NCBI GenBank assembly: GCA_040954595.2
Contig: CM082586.2
Location: 2,361,124-2,425,123 of the forward strand
Source: Balanoglossus misakiensis
Taxonomy: Eukaryota > Animalia > Hemichordata
Direction: 5' to 3'
DNA: 64,000 nt
Notes under the pieces: generated by a model
What the model was told of the DNA's origin: nothing
What the model saw: only the letters and a program-made list of their open reading frames with translations
Databases searched by the model: none
In this document: positions 36,988 through 49,986 of the stretch, piece by piece
How the letters are laid out: each line of letters starts with the position of its first letter
Numbering within the stretch: the stretch's first letter is position 1
Made by a program: the position numbers and the translations under genes

Positions 36988-38252
36988 TTATACTTTCAGC
37001 GTCTTGCTCTGTAATACAAACAAATGGAAAAAGAAAATGGTTTGTCAGATTTATTCCAGAGACGTGTTAGAACGGAAGTATATGGAAGAAAGACATACGG
37101 ACCACCACTTTCGAATTCAAGGCTTGACGTATTTACTATCCTTGGTGATGTTTGGTGTGGACCAATTCTTAGTATACGGGCAGTACGATGGACTGTGAGT
37201 GGGTGAGCACGGCTACCCTTCATATGACCACTAGAGGGCGATCACCAACATTGAAACAGTACAGAAAATCACCTGTTTCTGAAGGCAGCACTTGAACGCT
37301 TGGAACTCCTTCAAGCAATCATCTTTCTGCACATTGGCCTTCCTCGTCACACATTGTGCATACACTGCAGCCTGAAATACATGAAAAACACATTATACAC
37401 ATGCATTTCTCTATTCTGGTTTCATAATGAAATGCGGATTTAATGACGATATTTCGATGTTTACAGGGAATGTCTAGCCACTTGATTGATCTAACATTAG
37501 TCGATCTCCTGTTGAGATTTTGCCGCAAGCAATCTGTGATATTCACCAGTAGTCGTGGCTAATACATCATAAAGCTGAACCTTTGTTTGCCTGAATGGAA
37601 TAGCAATTTCCTATCTGGTTGCTTTTATGGGGGAAATCTATGAAAAATGCCACGATATATAAAATTGAAATCAAGATAAACGCATGACAAATGTTAGAGG
37701 GAGGACGGATGGTAGCAATCAATCATGACATTATTAAACGGTATCCATGGAAACTAGCATACCATGGAGATTCTCAACAGAGTCAGATAACAATTTCTTC
37801 CATGCACAGATAGTGATGTCACTTTTTCACAGATTCGGCAATATATTGAAGGAACTGTTGTTTACTCAAGGACACACTGTTTGTTTTGAGGACTGTAAAC
37901 AATACAACCAACAACCACACCAACACCTGGCCACGTTCCATCACTCCAGTTACCATGGTAACCAAAACCTTGCAGGATATCCAATTGTGATGGCCTCGTT
38001 GCCGAAACATCAATCACCGCCTTCGTTTAAACTGAACACACAGCCTGGAGTGTCCCCACTCGATCATTTAGACAAAGAAATGAAACATCGTCTTTTGAGA
38101 CTTCTACCTTCAGGCAGGCACACCTGAGTAGCTGAATTCGGACAGAGCGTGAATTATACCAATACGCCTACCTCTTTCGAACATCCAGCAAATGCCTTGG
38201 GGAAAGCTGAAAGTTTATTTCGGGCAACTTGCCAACTGTTACGGCCAGACAT
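36988..38252 (-). CDS. NDUFAF8: NADH dehydrogenase (complex I) assembly factor 8, twin CX9C protein, 66 aa
   Basis: Exons 38252-38172, 37371-37273, 37008-36988 (phase 0, GT-AG) give MSGRNSWQVARNKLSAFPKAFAGCSKEAAVYAQCVTRKANVQKDDCLKEFQAFKCCLQKQSKTLKV. Twin CX9C and the W...R.L.AFP...C..EAA.Y..CV...D.C.EF....C pattern match human NDUFAF8 as recalled. Confidence 0.9.
37226..37242 (+). promoter_or_regulatory. CTCF-like motif
   Basis: GACCACTAGAGGGCGAT matches the CCASYAGRKGGCR consensus; lies in NDUFAF8 intron 2. Confidence 0.4.
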
Positions 38253-38537
38253 CACAGAAACTCAGCATTCACTTATTTATTCCGACGTGACCACCGTAGT
38301 AGTGTTAAGGCGTCTGCTCGAGGTTACCGCACCGTCTCAATGGGACTTCTGCTTGCAACAGCTTGGTCACATTAGCACCGCCCACTGCAGTAAGACAAGG
38401 GAGGGATACTGAAGGTTAAAAAAAGTCATCATCGTTCAGATGAGGCACATATTCACACTATCATGCAAAGACTTACCTCACCTGTGCATGTCTTACGTGC
38501 GTACGCCAGGTCTGGCTGTTGACGCCAGCTGATTCAA

Positions 38538-38545
38538 ACTTCCGG
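38538..38545 (-). promoter_or_regulatory. ETS/GABP-type motif in the putative NDUFAF8 promoter
   Basis: CCGGAAGT on the minus strand ~290 bp upstream of the ATG; a donor-like GTAAGT at 38471-38476 suggests a short non-coding first exon. Confidence 0.35.
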
Positions 38546-41500
38546 TGATAGTTGTCGCTGAGGGCGCTTCAGGAGTCAGTCTGCTATCGACTGCTTGAAT
38601 GTTTGTATAGTAAATGTCACCTTTGAAAGATAACAAGTGAAACTGTTGTTTCCCGCGTACTTTCTACTGAATAATAAATGCGGGTTAAGAACTTAATGAT
38701 TAAGTCCTCATTACCTGGGTCGCAGCAGCACAGCGATTAGCGACTGGCGAATGAACACGACTGTCATTTTTTATGTTCCCTGACTGTATTTAAGTTGGAC
38801 CTCACGTAGGCACGAAGAAAAGAACGTCTCGCTTGGTAGCTCGACGCAATCTGGTCGGATTTTCTTTTTCAACAATCGAGAGATTCACACTATCAGGTAA
38901 GGTATTCCCTTCCATTTCTTCAGGGATGAACGCGTAATTTGTTTCCAGCTAGGAGACGATTAATTTGCTGAGAAAACAAACTGATTGGGACGGGCACCCG
39001 AAGTGGTTAATTGGCGACGTCACAGGGACAGAACAGCGGGAGAGAATCGTCCGTTTGGGAGATTCTTTCGCCAGCCCACCCTGCCAAGGCCACGGGGTAT
39101 TTCGACCGACAACTGTTGTTCTTGTATTTTCTGAGTGGAAACAAGGCCAGAGATTAACGAAGTGAAAGAAATTAATGAAGCAGTCTTTTCAGTAATTGAA
39201 ATTCCTTGGGTCGTTTTACTGTATTGTCTCTGACTCAGAAAAAGTCGTTCGGACCATTATAAAGATTATTAGTCAAGCGAACAGTAAGGTCATGGTTCAA
39301 CTTGAGTCAGCGATGTTCGGTAAGGTCCTATACCTATACATCCGGTAGCAAACAAGAAACTCCTCTCCATATTTCAACATTTCACTGGCCAATTTCTCTT
39401 ACTGTGCTCTATTTGCCCCTTTGCAATTAATTTGGAACATTCCACGTATTCTAACATGCAGCAGCTCGCTGGTAAAAAGCTCGACATTGTATTGGTTCCA
39501 AGGTACACTCAGGCTGCAAGCACGATATTTGCACCCCCGAAACAGCGACAAAAATCAATATCTGTCATTCCACAGACATACACACAAATCGATTGCACAC
39601 CCTACAGGACTGACACACAAACAATAGAGTACCAGGTGGACACTGGTGCACAGTTGAATTTTGCTTGTATTCGTCTTCGTTGTAACTGTAGTACAAACAA
39701 TAGAATCGAAGCAGATCTTTAGTTTGACAATTTGGAACAAAGCATAGGAAACTAAAATAGTTCGATACGTATGGTCGGCCGTACACATTTTTCCATGTTG
39801 CGCTACATTTGTACCCCACATGCTTCAAAGCGATAGCACGTAGACCAACGTTAAACACATCAAAATTAATAAAAACGGGTTAATACCATGATCCGCGGTT
39901 CAAACAAAATGTAAACAAACGAGAATCCCGGTAATCGCTGGATTTAACCACCCTTTATAACTTTCCATTTATTTTTAATTTTCCATCGACGTGGAAAGGC
40001 GGTGGTTGTGCATGAGAAGCGAGTTTCGGATCACCTCATCGGGAGATTGGCCGGTTATTTATGAGTTAATGCCGTCCTGTTGATTTAAAAGCGATTAGCG
40101 TCAGCGACAAGATTTGTGGGATAATCAGGTTTTCTTGTACGACCGTAATTCGGTAGCCGTATAAGCGTCAGAGCCAATCTATGCTGATTGGATCGGCTCC
40201 ATAGTATATACACAGCGGCCTGTTAGCAGGAAGGCTGTTGTAAAATTGATCTCCCGAACCCTCTTCAAATTAACGTGGACGTCCGCTCTGATTTCTGATA
40301 TTTTTGCGATGTGCGTGTCCTCGTAATTGCCACCGGCAGCCTGGCTGTCAAACGCTCGCGGAGACATCAACCAAGAGATTTGTGCTTAATCAGGCATTCG
40401 TTCGAAAAGTGCGCCTGCCCTGATTATATTTTGATCAATTACGTCATAGCAGTTGCCGTTTATCGCTAAAACGTGTGAAATATAATCTCAGAATTACCGG
40501 GCCAAACATGAAAATGTGGTTGTTTCTCTTTGTTTCTTGGAAAATTTCAGATCGCGACCAATCCCCCTAATAGTTGTACACGTATATCTTTTGCGAATCT
40601 GACACTTGCATTCCATCATTCATGGCGTCAATCGAACGGTTGGTTCGCAAGACTATCATCTGCAGATCCAGTCGAGGAAGTCATTCAAAATGAAGAGTGC
40701 TTTCATGTGATAACATTCAAGTTTTAAGTTATACCAAATGGTTGGGGGTTGAATAATAGGAAACACAACGTCCGCTCCAGTCAGACAACTGATAAGCTTC
40801 AGAGTTGAATGGTTCTAAGTCAGTACCACTCACATCGGGAACATACTACTTGGCCAACACTTTCCGCCATTTTCTGTAATGGCATGACGACCTCCTTAGA
40901 GAACATAAAAGCATAACAACAAACTCAACCGAATATCTCCCGCCAGAGATTACAGTGATGACAACCATCCCACATGGTAGGATGTACATCGAACGTGCAA
41001 AAAGGGTCAATGGACTTCTCGAATCAGACCCATTGGCTGAGTCTTGTGAATTTTGTTTCAGTCATTGAACCATAGAAAAAACAGCCACGGGCATTCCATG
41101 TGGCATCGGTTTTTTTTGTCTCTCAAAGGCCAATACCTATTCGGGGCCAGATGTCACCGTGACGTCATAGGGTATGCTGAATACTGGTGCCTGCGGGGTA
41201 ACCCTCTAACGTGGATTCAATGGCAACTAATGCTAAAAGAGAGTTTCAAGCAAATAGGAGAGCAACAATTAGAGGTACCTGCACAAGGTTTTTGCTAAGA
41301 GCACCGGGATCAGGTAATGGTGACCCCGAAGGGTTTTGAAACGTCTCAAGTGTACAGTAGTCATTCAAACTGCCATGACCCACGAAAAGGTTGCCTCACC
41401 GCATGCAAAACCATTCGTAATACACTATAAACACATACCGCTCTCTGTTAAATGCTCTACTGGCTTGTTTTTGTTACACACTATCTCTAATTTGAAAATC

Positions 41501-41591
41501 TTATCACGTTCTGACTTCAACCGCTAAGCTTCCTTCGTAGACGCGGTCTGGTTTCGTGAATCACCAAAATGAAGAAGTTCTGTCGCGACCG

Positions 41592-41624
<33 letters not shown>

Positions 41625-41630
41625 GAGAGA
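41592..41630. repeat. (GA)n microsatellite with poly-G
   Basis: gagagagagagagagagagagaggggggggggggagaga. Confidence 0.9.
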
Positions 41631-42587
41631 CCACACGTAATACATCTGTGCCTTATCTTATCAGTGGCATATTGAAATATTTGGATTGTCCCGATGTACA
41701 AATCCAATTGTTGGTTTTTGGCTCGCTGGAGTGACTGCCAACAGTGAATCCAGGAACACCTGTCCAGACTATAGGTCGTAATAGAAGAGCTATTATTTGT
41801 TTTCGAGTTCGACTGAAATGCCAATGTCGCTATGATTTATGCGATGATGCGATTGTCTCACGTAGATATCCAGGTATTTCAGCTGATGAAGTCGGTTTAT
41901 ATTTTGAATTCACAAGACATTTCCGGTCTCAGTGATGGGATATCACGAAAAGAAACCTTACTTCACGAGATGAGACCGCTCTCTTGGTAAAGGCTATGAT
42001 ATCGAGACGGACGGACAGAGACCGATCGACAGACAGACATCTTTTCTTAGTTTTGCAGCTTTCAACAAGATCGATGGTGTCGTCTGCTTAAAACCGGAAA
42101 AATATCTTGCGCCCCCGTTATCAATGCTCTCTCACCTTTATAGCAATTAAAACACATGACTGGCGTTAGGGGATAAGCTACAACCAGCAACACATCTCTC
42201 TATCTATTTGGATCATCTGTCTCTCCTAAATCGATTTTTCTGCCTCCGCGAGCGCTCCACTAGTTATCCACCAGTAATTGCGAGATATTTACTGGATCGA
42301 AAAATGAAATTCCAGCGAGGCAATCGCACAGCCGGGGAAGGGAGTTATTCGCTCTTGGAAACTCATAAGAGTGATGCGAAGCGAAAAATACAAACAAAAT
42401 AGTTCCTCTTTTGTCAAACTCAACAGTTGCAATCACGATGAAGGAAATGGAATCACACGGGTCGGTTAGACGTTGTTGTTGGCCAGTCACCTTCGTAATG
42501 TATTGATTTGCAAATATTGAGTAAGCTACTCGTACCTTGAGCTATATTTAACCGATTCCTACTATTGATCAGCTCCCAAACGTCATG

Positions 42588-42795
42588 AGGTCAACGAAGG
42601 TCACGCCCACATCTCGTATACACGGCGAGTATAGTGAAGTACCGTACATGATGTTTATAGACACTTGGCCTATAAATCTCGGGCCAGTTGCGCGCTGGTG
42701 TTAGTCCGGAGTGGACACTTCCCTGTCTCGTTCCAAACAACCACAGTTCTTATATTCCTGTCCAATCTAACACAGGACGTGTCTGACGGGTAAGT
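42588..42795 (+). promoter_or_regulatory. Candidate promoter: perfect DR4 nuclear-receptor element, TATA box and a non-coding first exon
   Basis: AGGTCA-acga-AGGTCA 42588-42603; TATAAA at 42671; donor GG|GTAAGT at 42790. Confidence 0.45.
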
Positions 42796-45700
42796 AAGAT
42801 ATGTATCTTACAGAGCGTAGAGCGGCGTGTCGGTATGATCCGTGCAGACTGTCACTGCCTGATACCTCGGGTGCAAATGTCTCTCCACGCTGCGACAAGG
42901 CGTTTTACCTGGACGATGAACGATCATCGTAAATGTATTAAACTCGTTGTTTCCGCGATACTTTTTTTACTGAGAGTGTACTCTAAGACATGGACAGCAA
43001 CCGACCAAACCGTGTGCAGTTGTCACACCAGTAATTATGTAGCTTTTTGAATTGACGTCGAGATTTGCGCCTATATAAGACGAACACTGCCGCAGAATCT
43101 CCAAGCCTACTCGGTGTCAGAACGAGAGAGAACGGTTGGCCATAAATAATCCCCAAAGACCGGATTTTCTGCGTAGGATGTAAAAATAGAGACCTTTTAA
43201 TGGGCGTTGAATTCTGAAGTCGGTCTATAGATCTGAATTCCCCTGAAAATGATTGTTATTCAGACATAGCCTGCCATAATTATAGGGTCCCTCTGCAATA
43301 ACTACAATGCTTTATTGCGCAGTCATCTATCATTATGTAAAGGCTTGCATCCGTATATTGCGCTCCGTGGCCATACAAACAAAATTCATTGTTTGTATAA
43401 TACAACCGACGTCAAATTGTGATTTATTTTCGTCCTTTTGAAATTCTTTATAACGGTATCTCCTCCCCAATTCCGACGATCAAAACCGTCTTAGTCTCAT
43501 GGGGGAGGAGGATAAGTGGGTATTGAGATAAACTGTTGGGTGAGAACGTTTTTATTTGTAAGGTGTGACTTGTTCAAAACGAATACGGCTGTCTAATGAA
43601 AAGGCTGGTCACACTCCCGCTTCTTGAGGACGCGTTGCTATCAACACCTTTCTGACGCGAAGTACACGAATACTGATAAGTGTATACTGAAACTACAGCA
43701 ATCACAGCAGTCCGTTGACATGCATGATATACACATTATTACATGTTCATTGAGTTTCATCACCAAATCCAACTATCTTTCACACAACTTCAAATCAGCT
43801 AACATGTTAACTTCAACGCCTTACAAGCAACCGCCTCCTCGTTAAAAATGAGAATTATTCGGTAGATTAGAAAGTCTGGTTTCACAGAATCGATAAACGT
43901 GACGCCCATACATAATGCACTATAAGAGCGTTGGTGTCACCGAATATATCCACTCTGACTGAGCTTTCTGGAATTCAATTACTTTACTCTAAATATTTGT
44001 TCATTTTCTGTATTGACGCAATGATCAAACACTGTTCGTGCTGTTCATTGTCTGAATTTTCCCACACCTGCGAGTGGTATCGCAAAATTTGATCTGCGGC
44101 CAATTACTGTTCTCGGGGTCGGCGAGATGCGAATCATTATTTTGTACGATCTGTAAATTTGTCACGTTCGACACTCTGGAAAGTCACGAAGTCAAAAGAG
44201 TTATCCTATCAAGGCATGCCCATTAGGATCTGCTCCCTGTAGGTGATAGGCGAGGGTTTATCTGTCGAACAACGAAGGTATGTGTTGGCTCCCATTTGCG
44301 CCACACTGACCACCAAAAACATTCCAAAAATGGTTGTTGTTGTTTTTGCTGTTCACCTTGGCCGGCTTCCGTACACAAGAGACCTAGAACTAGGCCGGTT
44401 TCTATCTTTTATTATCTCTATGGTACCCATAAATCAATTCACTGAAAAACACACAGCCATTTCGCTCCGGGCCTAACACGTGCAGAGAGGCAATTTGTCT
44501 TGTACTTTATATTATAGGTCTCGAAGAACTATGGATGCCTTTTGCATATACTTCACGTTTGTCTCGTGTAAAATCTGCAAGGCGCGAATCATTATATACC
44601 TAGCTCATCCTTGTGTGAATAGATGGTTTAATCAAGACGTTGTATTTTGCTTTAGCCTGTCATGTCAGCGCACAGTTCATTGCATTTCAGCGTACCAGTA
44701 AAACTTACGTCCTGCAGTGTTTGAAACCTGTGGACCGTGTACGAATGAAACCAGGTTCGTTCTATAAAGCTTAAAATGCACGCACATAGATTGTCACCGA
44801 GCAGACGACACACGTCACCAAAGAATCGAAAACCTGAAGTAACCTTAACAACCATCTTCGTTTCTAAGAACCATCTTCTACACCTTTAATATTCATCTGA
44901 TTTCAGAGACCAGAGTACAGACTCAAACACAGAAACACAGCACTAAGCAGAACTCTACAGATATGATTATTTTGTAGCAAATGGTCGGTTTCCCAAATTG
45001 AAAGGAAATGTCTGTCTTTGAGTGGGAGGTTTTTGTCTGGGTTGATTTATGCGTTTGTTTGAATGGGAGAACCTTTTCTTCAAAAGAAACCTTTTAAAGA
45101 CAATCTCTTTGGTCCTTGCGGGTCGCTGCACATGAATGTAATGGAACATACCCGACAACCAAACCTGCTGTGTAATTTTGATAATGTACACTGCCTGAGT
45201 GGTTTGGGTCGCTTGTTTTCTAGTTTACAAAAAAGCAACAACATTGATATGACCTGACCATGCGCACTTAGTGAATCACAGACAGTAGAGGGGTGGGGTG
45301 GAGAAACAACACAGAGATTCACTGTGTGTATAAGCCACGGGCCGTGTTTGACAACACGCACGAGAAGGTTCAACAGATATATTCACCACCACACTTTGAC
45401 TGTTTGCCCGCGAAGAGGCAGTGTTATCGCAACTGGCATTGGTCTTCATCTCCAAGCACTCCGCGACCATAAGTTTTATCAAAATTTGATGTAGCCCCTT
45501 AGTATGCCGTTGACGCAAATCGTCGGCCGTCGTCCGGTCAATTTAGGGCCACTATAGTTCAATGCCAACCTACAGATACCCCCTTTCCCAATAATATATT
45601 ATTGACGCGTTCTTAAAATACTATTATGATGGGCGATCGAAGTATATTATCTTATCACGGTTCGCCATAATGAAAAACAAGCGAAGGGGTTACAACGGCC

Positions 45701-48467
45701 AAGGGCGCATATGTTTAAGTCCTTGCGCCGACCAATTAGTGATAAAATAGTCTGCAAAGCCAACAAGTGCAGAAAAAGGGAGAGTGAAAAAGAAGATTTT
45801 CTTAGAAAATGTCGATTTTTATTCGCCAGCAAAGGTTTGTAGCCTCGGTTACCTTAAGAACATTGTTGATGGCCACACCTCGGTTATTTGGTATTGACGG
45901 TTATTTCAATTGTCGAAATTATCACCTATTGTCAAGGGATCGATGGCTCTATTGTATTGACTTGGGCGCAACCTTGAAGACATTTGAACAATGGTGACAA
46001 GACATCGGATTTAGAGCGAGGCGTACGTTTTTGAACGTGAAACTTGAACACCTGTCGATCGTTCGAAGGCTTGTCAAGATCAATACTATAGCTTTAAAAT
46101 GACGTTAATTGATATTTCAAATTTACATATACACATAATGCGCACCTGGGTGAGATAAATCTACTTCCTATACATGTTATTTAGATGTCAAAGTAGATGA
46201 GCCCTCATCAGGGACACGGATAATGATTTCATCCGTTCCTCTCTTTGTGAAAATCCGTGTAAATAAGAAAAAGGAAATGGCGAGATTTGCCAGCTGGGAT
46301 GTGTGAATCCCAAATCGGAAATTACTGGAGACAGTGAACAACGAACTCGGCATGGGTCATCTGAAAATAGAAACAGGAATGGACTCTTACAGACAGACAG
46401 ACAGTCTTCTCGTCACATTTAAGTGCCGGGAATTATGACGCACAGGCAGAAAACAAGCTTTTTCAAGGGGAAATATTGTGCACTGAAGCGGGGAGAAATG
46501 AAACGGGTTGGGCGTTTAAGTCAACTTGAATCAAAGTACTCAAAGCGCGTGAAAACATCACTAAACTGAATATGCAAATCAGAAGATTCGATGGCAGTAC
46601 CCGTCAAGTGTATACACTTTTACTTTTAAGATTTACACGAGTTCTTTATAGCCTGGTATGATATAGCACCTGGGCGCTGTTTTTCACGATAATGGACTAG
46701 CCCAGAATACCCCGACCCCCTGTCTTGAATGGTACTGTCCGCTGTGCTGCACAGCATTCAAAACAACCTTCACAGATATAGCGTTTCCTGATCCTTGAGA
46801 ATTGTAATAGCGATCACATCAGTAATTTTTTGAACGGCGAAAACCAGTAGCTCAGACAACAACCGAGGACTTTTTTCCAACCCAGCGACACCCTAACCAA
46901 ATCACAGCGACCCATTCCTTCTACGCATGAGCAAGGTAACTATGAATTTCACCATGATGCCAATATCTTAATCAGTAACCCACTTTTCGTGGTTTAGCGA
47001 CCCTTGAATGTGCAGTCACGTTTCTGCGGGGTTCGCCTACTGTTCCGGGGCCGGTTTGGCTATGTTGGTCGGGGGAGGGGTTTTGTTTCAAGCAAGTTGC
47101 CAGGAGAAAAGCAATTGGCAATATCGCGCTCAAGACGTTCTCAAGAATCCCTTTTTATGCGTCGTCGTAAACCACAAGCCTCTTTACGTTAACAGCCAGA
47201 TGCTTGGCTTTTGCGTAGCACTTTGGTGCAGAAAATATAGTCCTGCTTCGCAAGAATGATGTTATGCTTTCAAATTAAAGCAGCTGTGGAATTGAGCGCT
47301 GTGTACATTGGATGGGCAAAGAAAACATACACTACTTTGTAAAGTTCGGATGGCAGAACTAAGTGTACACAGAGATAATATACATTTGTCGTAAGACGCA
47401 GTCAACGTCGCTTTCGTGCTCAATTGCCCGTCACTATTCGTCATCTAAATTTATTCGCTGCACTTATCGATGTTTTACAGAAAATCACAACATATTACGC
47501 TCGAAGGGACACAAAAAATACCTGACGTTAACGTGGGACTAAAAGGCTAAACTTTGAAGTAGCACTGACATGCATGAGACCGAACAACATAACCTATCAA
47601 ATACAGAAAAATGCCCAACTTGAAAGCAATGTCAAAAGAGAGCGACTCCTCCCTTTATAATCGATCGTTCAAGAAGAAGTTCTAGGTTAACAATAGTCAA
47701 AGACGCCTGTTTTGCGATGTAATCCAGTATGGTCATGAAAAGGACAAAAGTCTGTAATATGAAAAGTATGTGGTCGTCATCGATAGTTAACTGTATAGGT
47801 TTACGCATTGTACCCCCGGTCGCGTTAGGACAACAAAGAGAAGTTTCAATATAGTGGTTATTGGTAGGACGGTCACGGTCATTCTCTACGCCATTCTCTG
47901 ATAAGAAAAGGCGGGCGTGACGTACCCCGTTACAATGCTGACAGTCTGTGACAATAGCACTTCTCCGACCAATGACCCAACAGCGGCGTCGACGTGATGC
48001 ACGTGTTTTCACGTGAACCGAACAAACCTTTCAAGGCGAGACACTTTACCAGTGCAATGGCCGCGGACCTCCGCGGACGTGTCAAGGGACGACAAAAGAA
48101 TATGTTAATACAATGACTTACAACATTTCCAATTAGCGCACGACGTCTTAATGACATCCCCGGGGCCGAATAACAAGAAAATGTCAAAACCGGGTATCGT
48201 TTTACTTTTAAAAGGTAGAATGACGTTACAATTTAAGTACATGTCGTTTTGTCCCTCAGGTTTGCTGTGATCAGACAGAACCAAGTCCAGCTCGCCGGAT
48301 CGATTGCGCATGACACCACTGGAATATGAACAGCGCCAGAAGTCGTGTCGATAACTCTAAACTGATATCATAGCCTTTCAAGAGAAACTTGAACTTTTAC
48401 TTATCACCAACAGAAGTCACCGGGAGATATTTTATCGGACGTTTCAATCACTTCATTCGAAACAAAA

Positions 48468-49291
48468 ATGGACGAATCGAGGAGAAGCAGCGACTCAGCA
48501 ACAAGCAGTGACGACAGCGATGAGACAGACGACTTGGCTATACTGAAGTCAATGACTACAAGGCTGAAGCTTCAAACCAGACGGCCATCTTACATCGAAT
48601 GGCGGGCTAACCTTGAGAAACCATCGCTGGCGTACTACGGCCAAAATGCCATGGCCAGAGTTTCGCCAAAGTCACACGCCGAGAGGAAGGAGGACATAGA
48701 GAGCGCCCTTGAGTGGCTAAGACGAGAACTGGTAAGAACCTTTCGTTTATTTGCGTTTTTCTTCTCTCCAACTCTGTAAATTTTGGCGAAGACGCAATTT
48801 GTAATATTGACTTGTTGCCCAAGGCTTTCAAGCCACTTTGCTTATTTTAACCAATTACGTAATTAACGAACAAGAAAAGTTCAATGCTCACGTGACTGAT
48901 TGAACGGCGACAAGAGGAAGCGGCTCAGACTGGCGTCATCGCTGGATTCGTATTCGCTTCTGAATACACAGGCTCTGAAAGCATGCAAGTGCATAAAAAA
49001 GATTCAACTCTCCGTTTCTGATTTTCACAGATTGACATGAGGACCCAAGACCAAAGCCTGGCTCGACAGTTGGTGCAGATCCACCGCGAGATCCAGCGGC
49101 TGAGGCTTGAACAGAGCTGCGAGGCCCACCGCGACATGATCGAAGAGATGCAGTACACTATCGAGGAGCAGGACGAAATGGCCGACATCTGTGAGATGGA
49201 TCCCAATCTACTGCGGATCATGAAGACCCCCCTGAATCACTTCGGAGTGACCCGCATGAATTTGAGCACCCGACGTTTTTCCTTGTGCTAA
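48468..49291 (+). CDS. FAM167A: FAM167 (DIORA) family protein, 174 aa
   Basis: Exons 48468-48731 and 49031-49291 (phase 0). Hallmarks RLKLQTRRPSYIEW, ALEWLRREL..MR.QDQ.LARQL and terminal GVTRMNLSTRRFSLC. Acceptor at 48413 implies upstream UTR exon(s); AATAAA at 49531. The A versus B assignment is nominal. Confidence 0.93.
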
Positions 49292-49986
49292 ATACTGTGA
49301 CTGACAATGATTTACAAAGACTGTACTAGTATTTAAAGGGAACATACTGACCCTGCCGTTCGCAGCACCGTAACTGCCAAACAAACTGGCCCTCTGTACA
49401 GAATGTAGACATGAAGATTCGTCGCTTGAGGCGCTACAGAGAGCGAGCGCCTCACGCGACGGATATTCTTGTGTAGACCAATGGTGCTCATCGTAGGAGT
49501 TGTAACATATATAATTCAATTATGGCTCGAAATAAAGTTTGCTGTGCATAGATATATACATTTTTGTAGTGACAATATCTTTACTTAGTTGCGTTAATAT
49601 GTTTCGTCAGTATGTTGTATGTAGCAACAATTTTTGTGTATACAAATAATGTAAACTATTTACGTTGACTGATGTTATAAGAGCATTGATTGGTTATCTG
49701 TATTGATTGATAATAATAAAAACAACAACAGGTGGTTGTTTGTACTGATTTCGTTTTGGGAAGAGTCTGATGAGTTTCACCAATCATGAAAAAGATCTGG
49801 CGGAGAATGGCCCGGAATTAGTACGAGTATGTGCGCCGCATCATACGCACACATCACAGAATTATAACATGTCAGCGATGAGGTGTCTTATAATGTACTC
49901 TGAAGCAATTTGGGGTTGAATGTAACTCTGTATCTAATAATCTCTAAAAAATCAGATATGAATCACACAGAACAGACAATAACATA

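Noticed and set aside
37949-37962. Perfect X-box palindrome GTTACCATGGTAAC in NDUFAF8 intron 1
   Set aside because: Isolated and inside a housekeeping-gene intron; cannot be assigned to a target and may be repeat-derived.
39000-48400. Many 60-126 aa ORFs in the intergenic region
   Set aside because: No recognisable motifs, coding-like composition or consistent exon chains; treated as regulatory/intronic DNA, though tiny exons could be missed.
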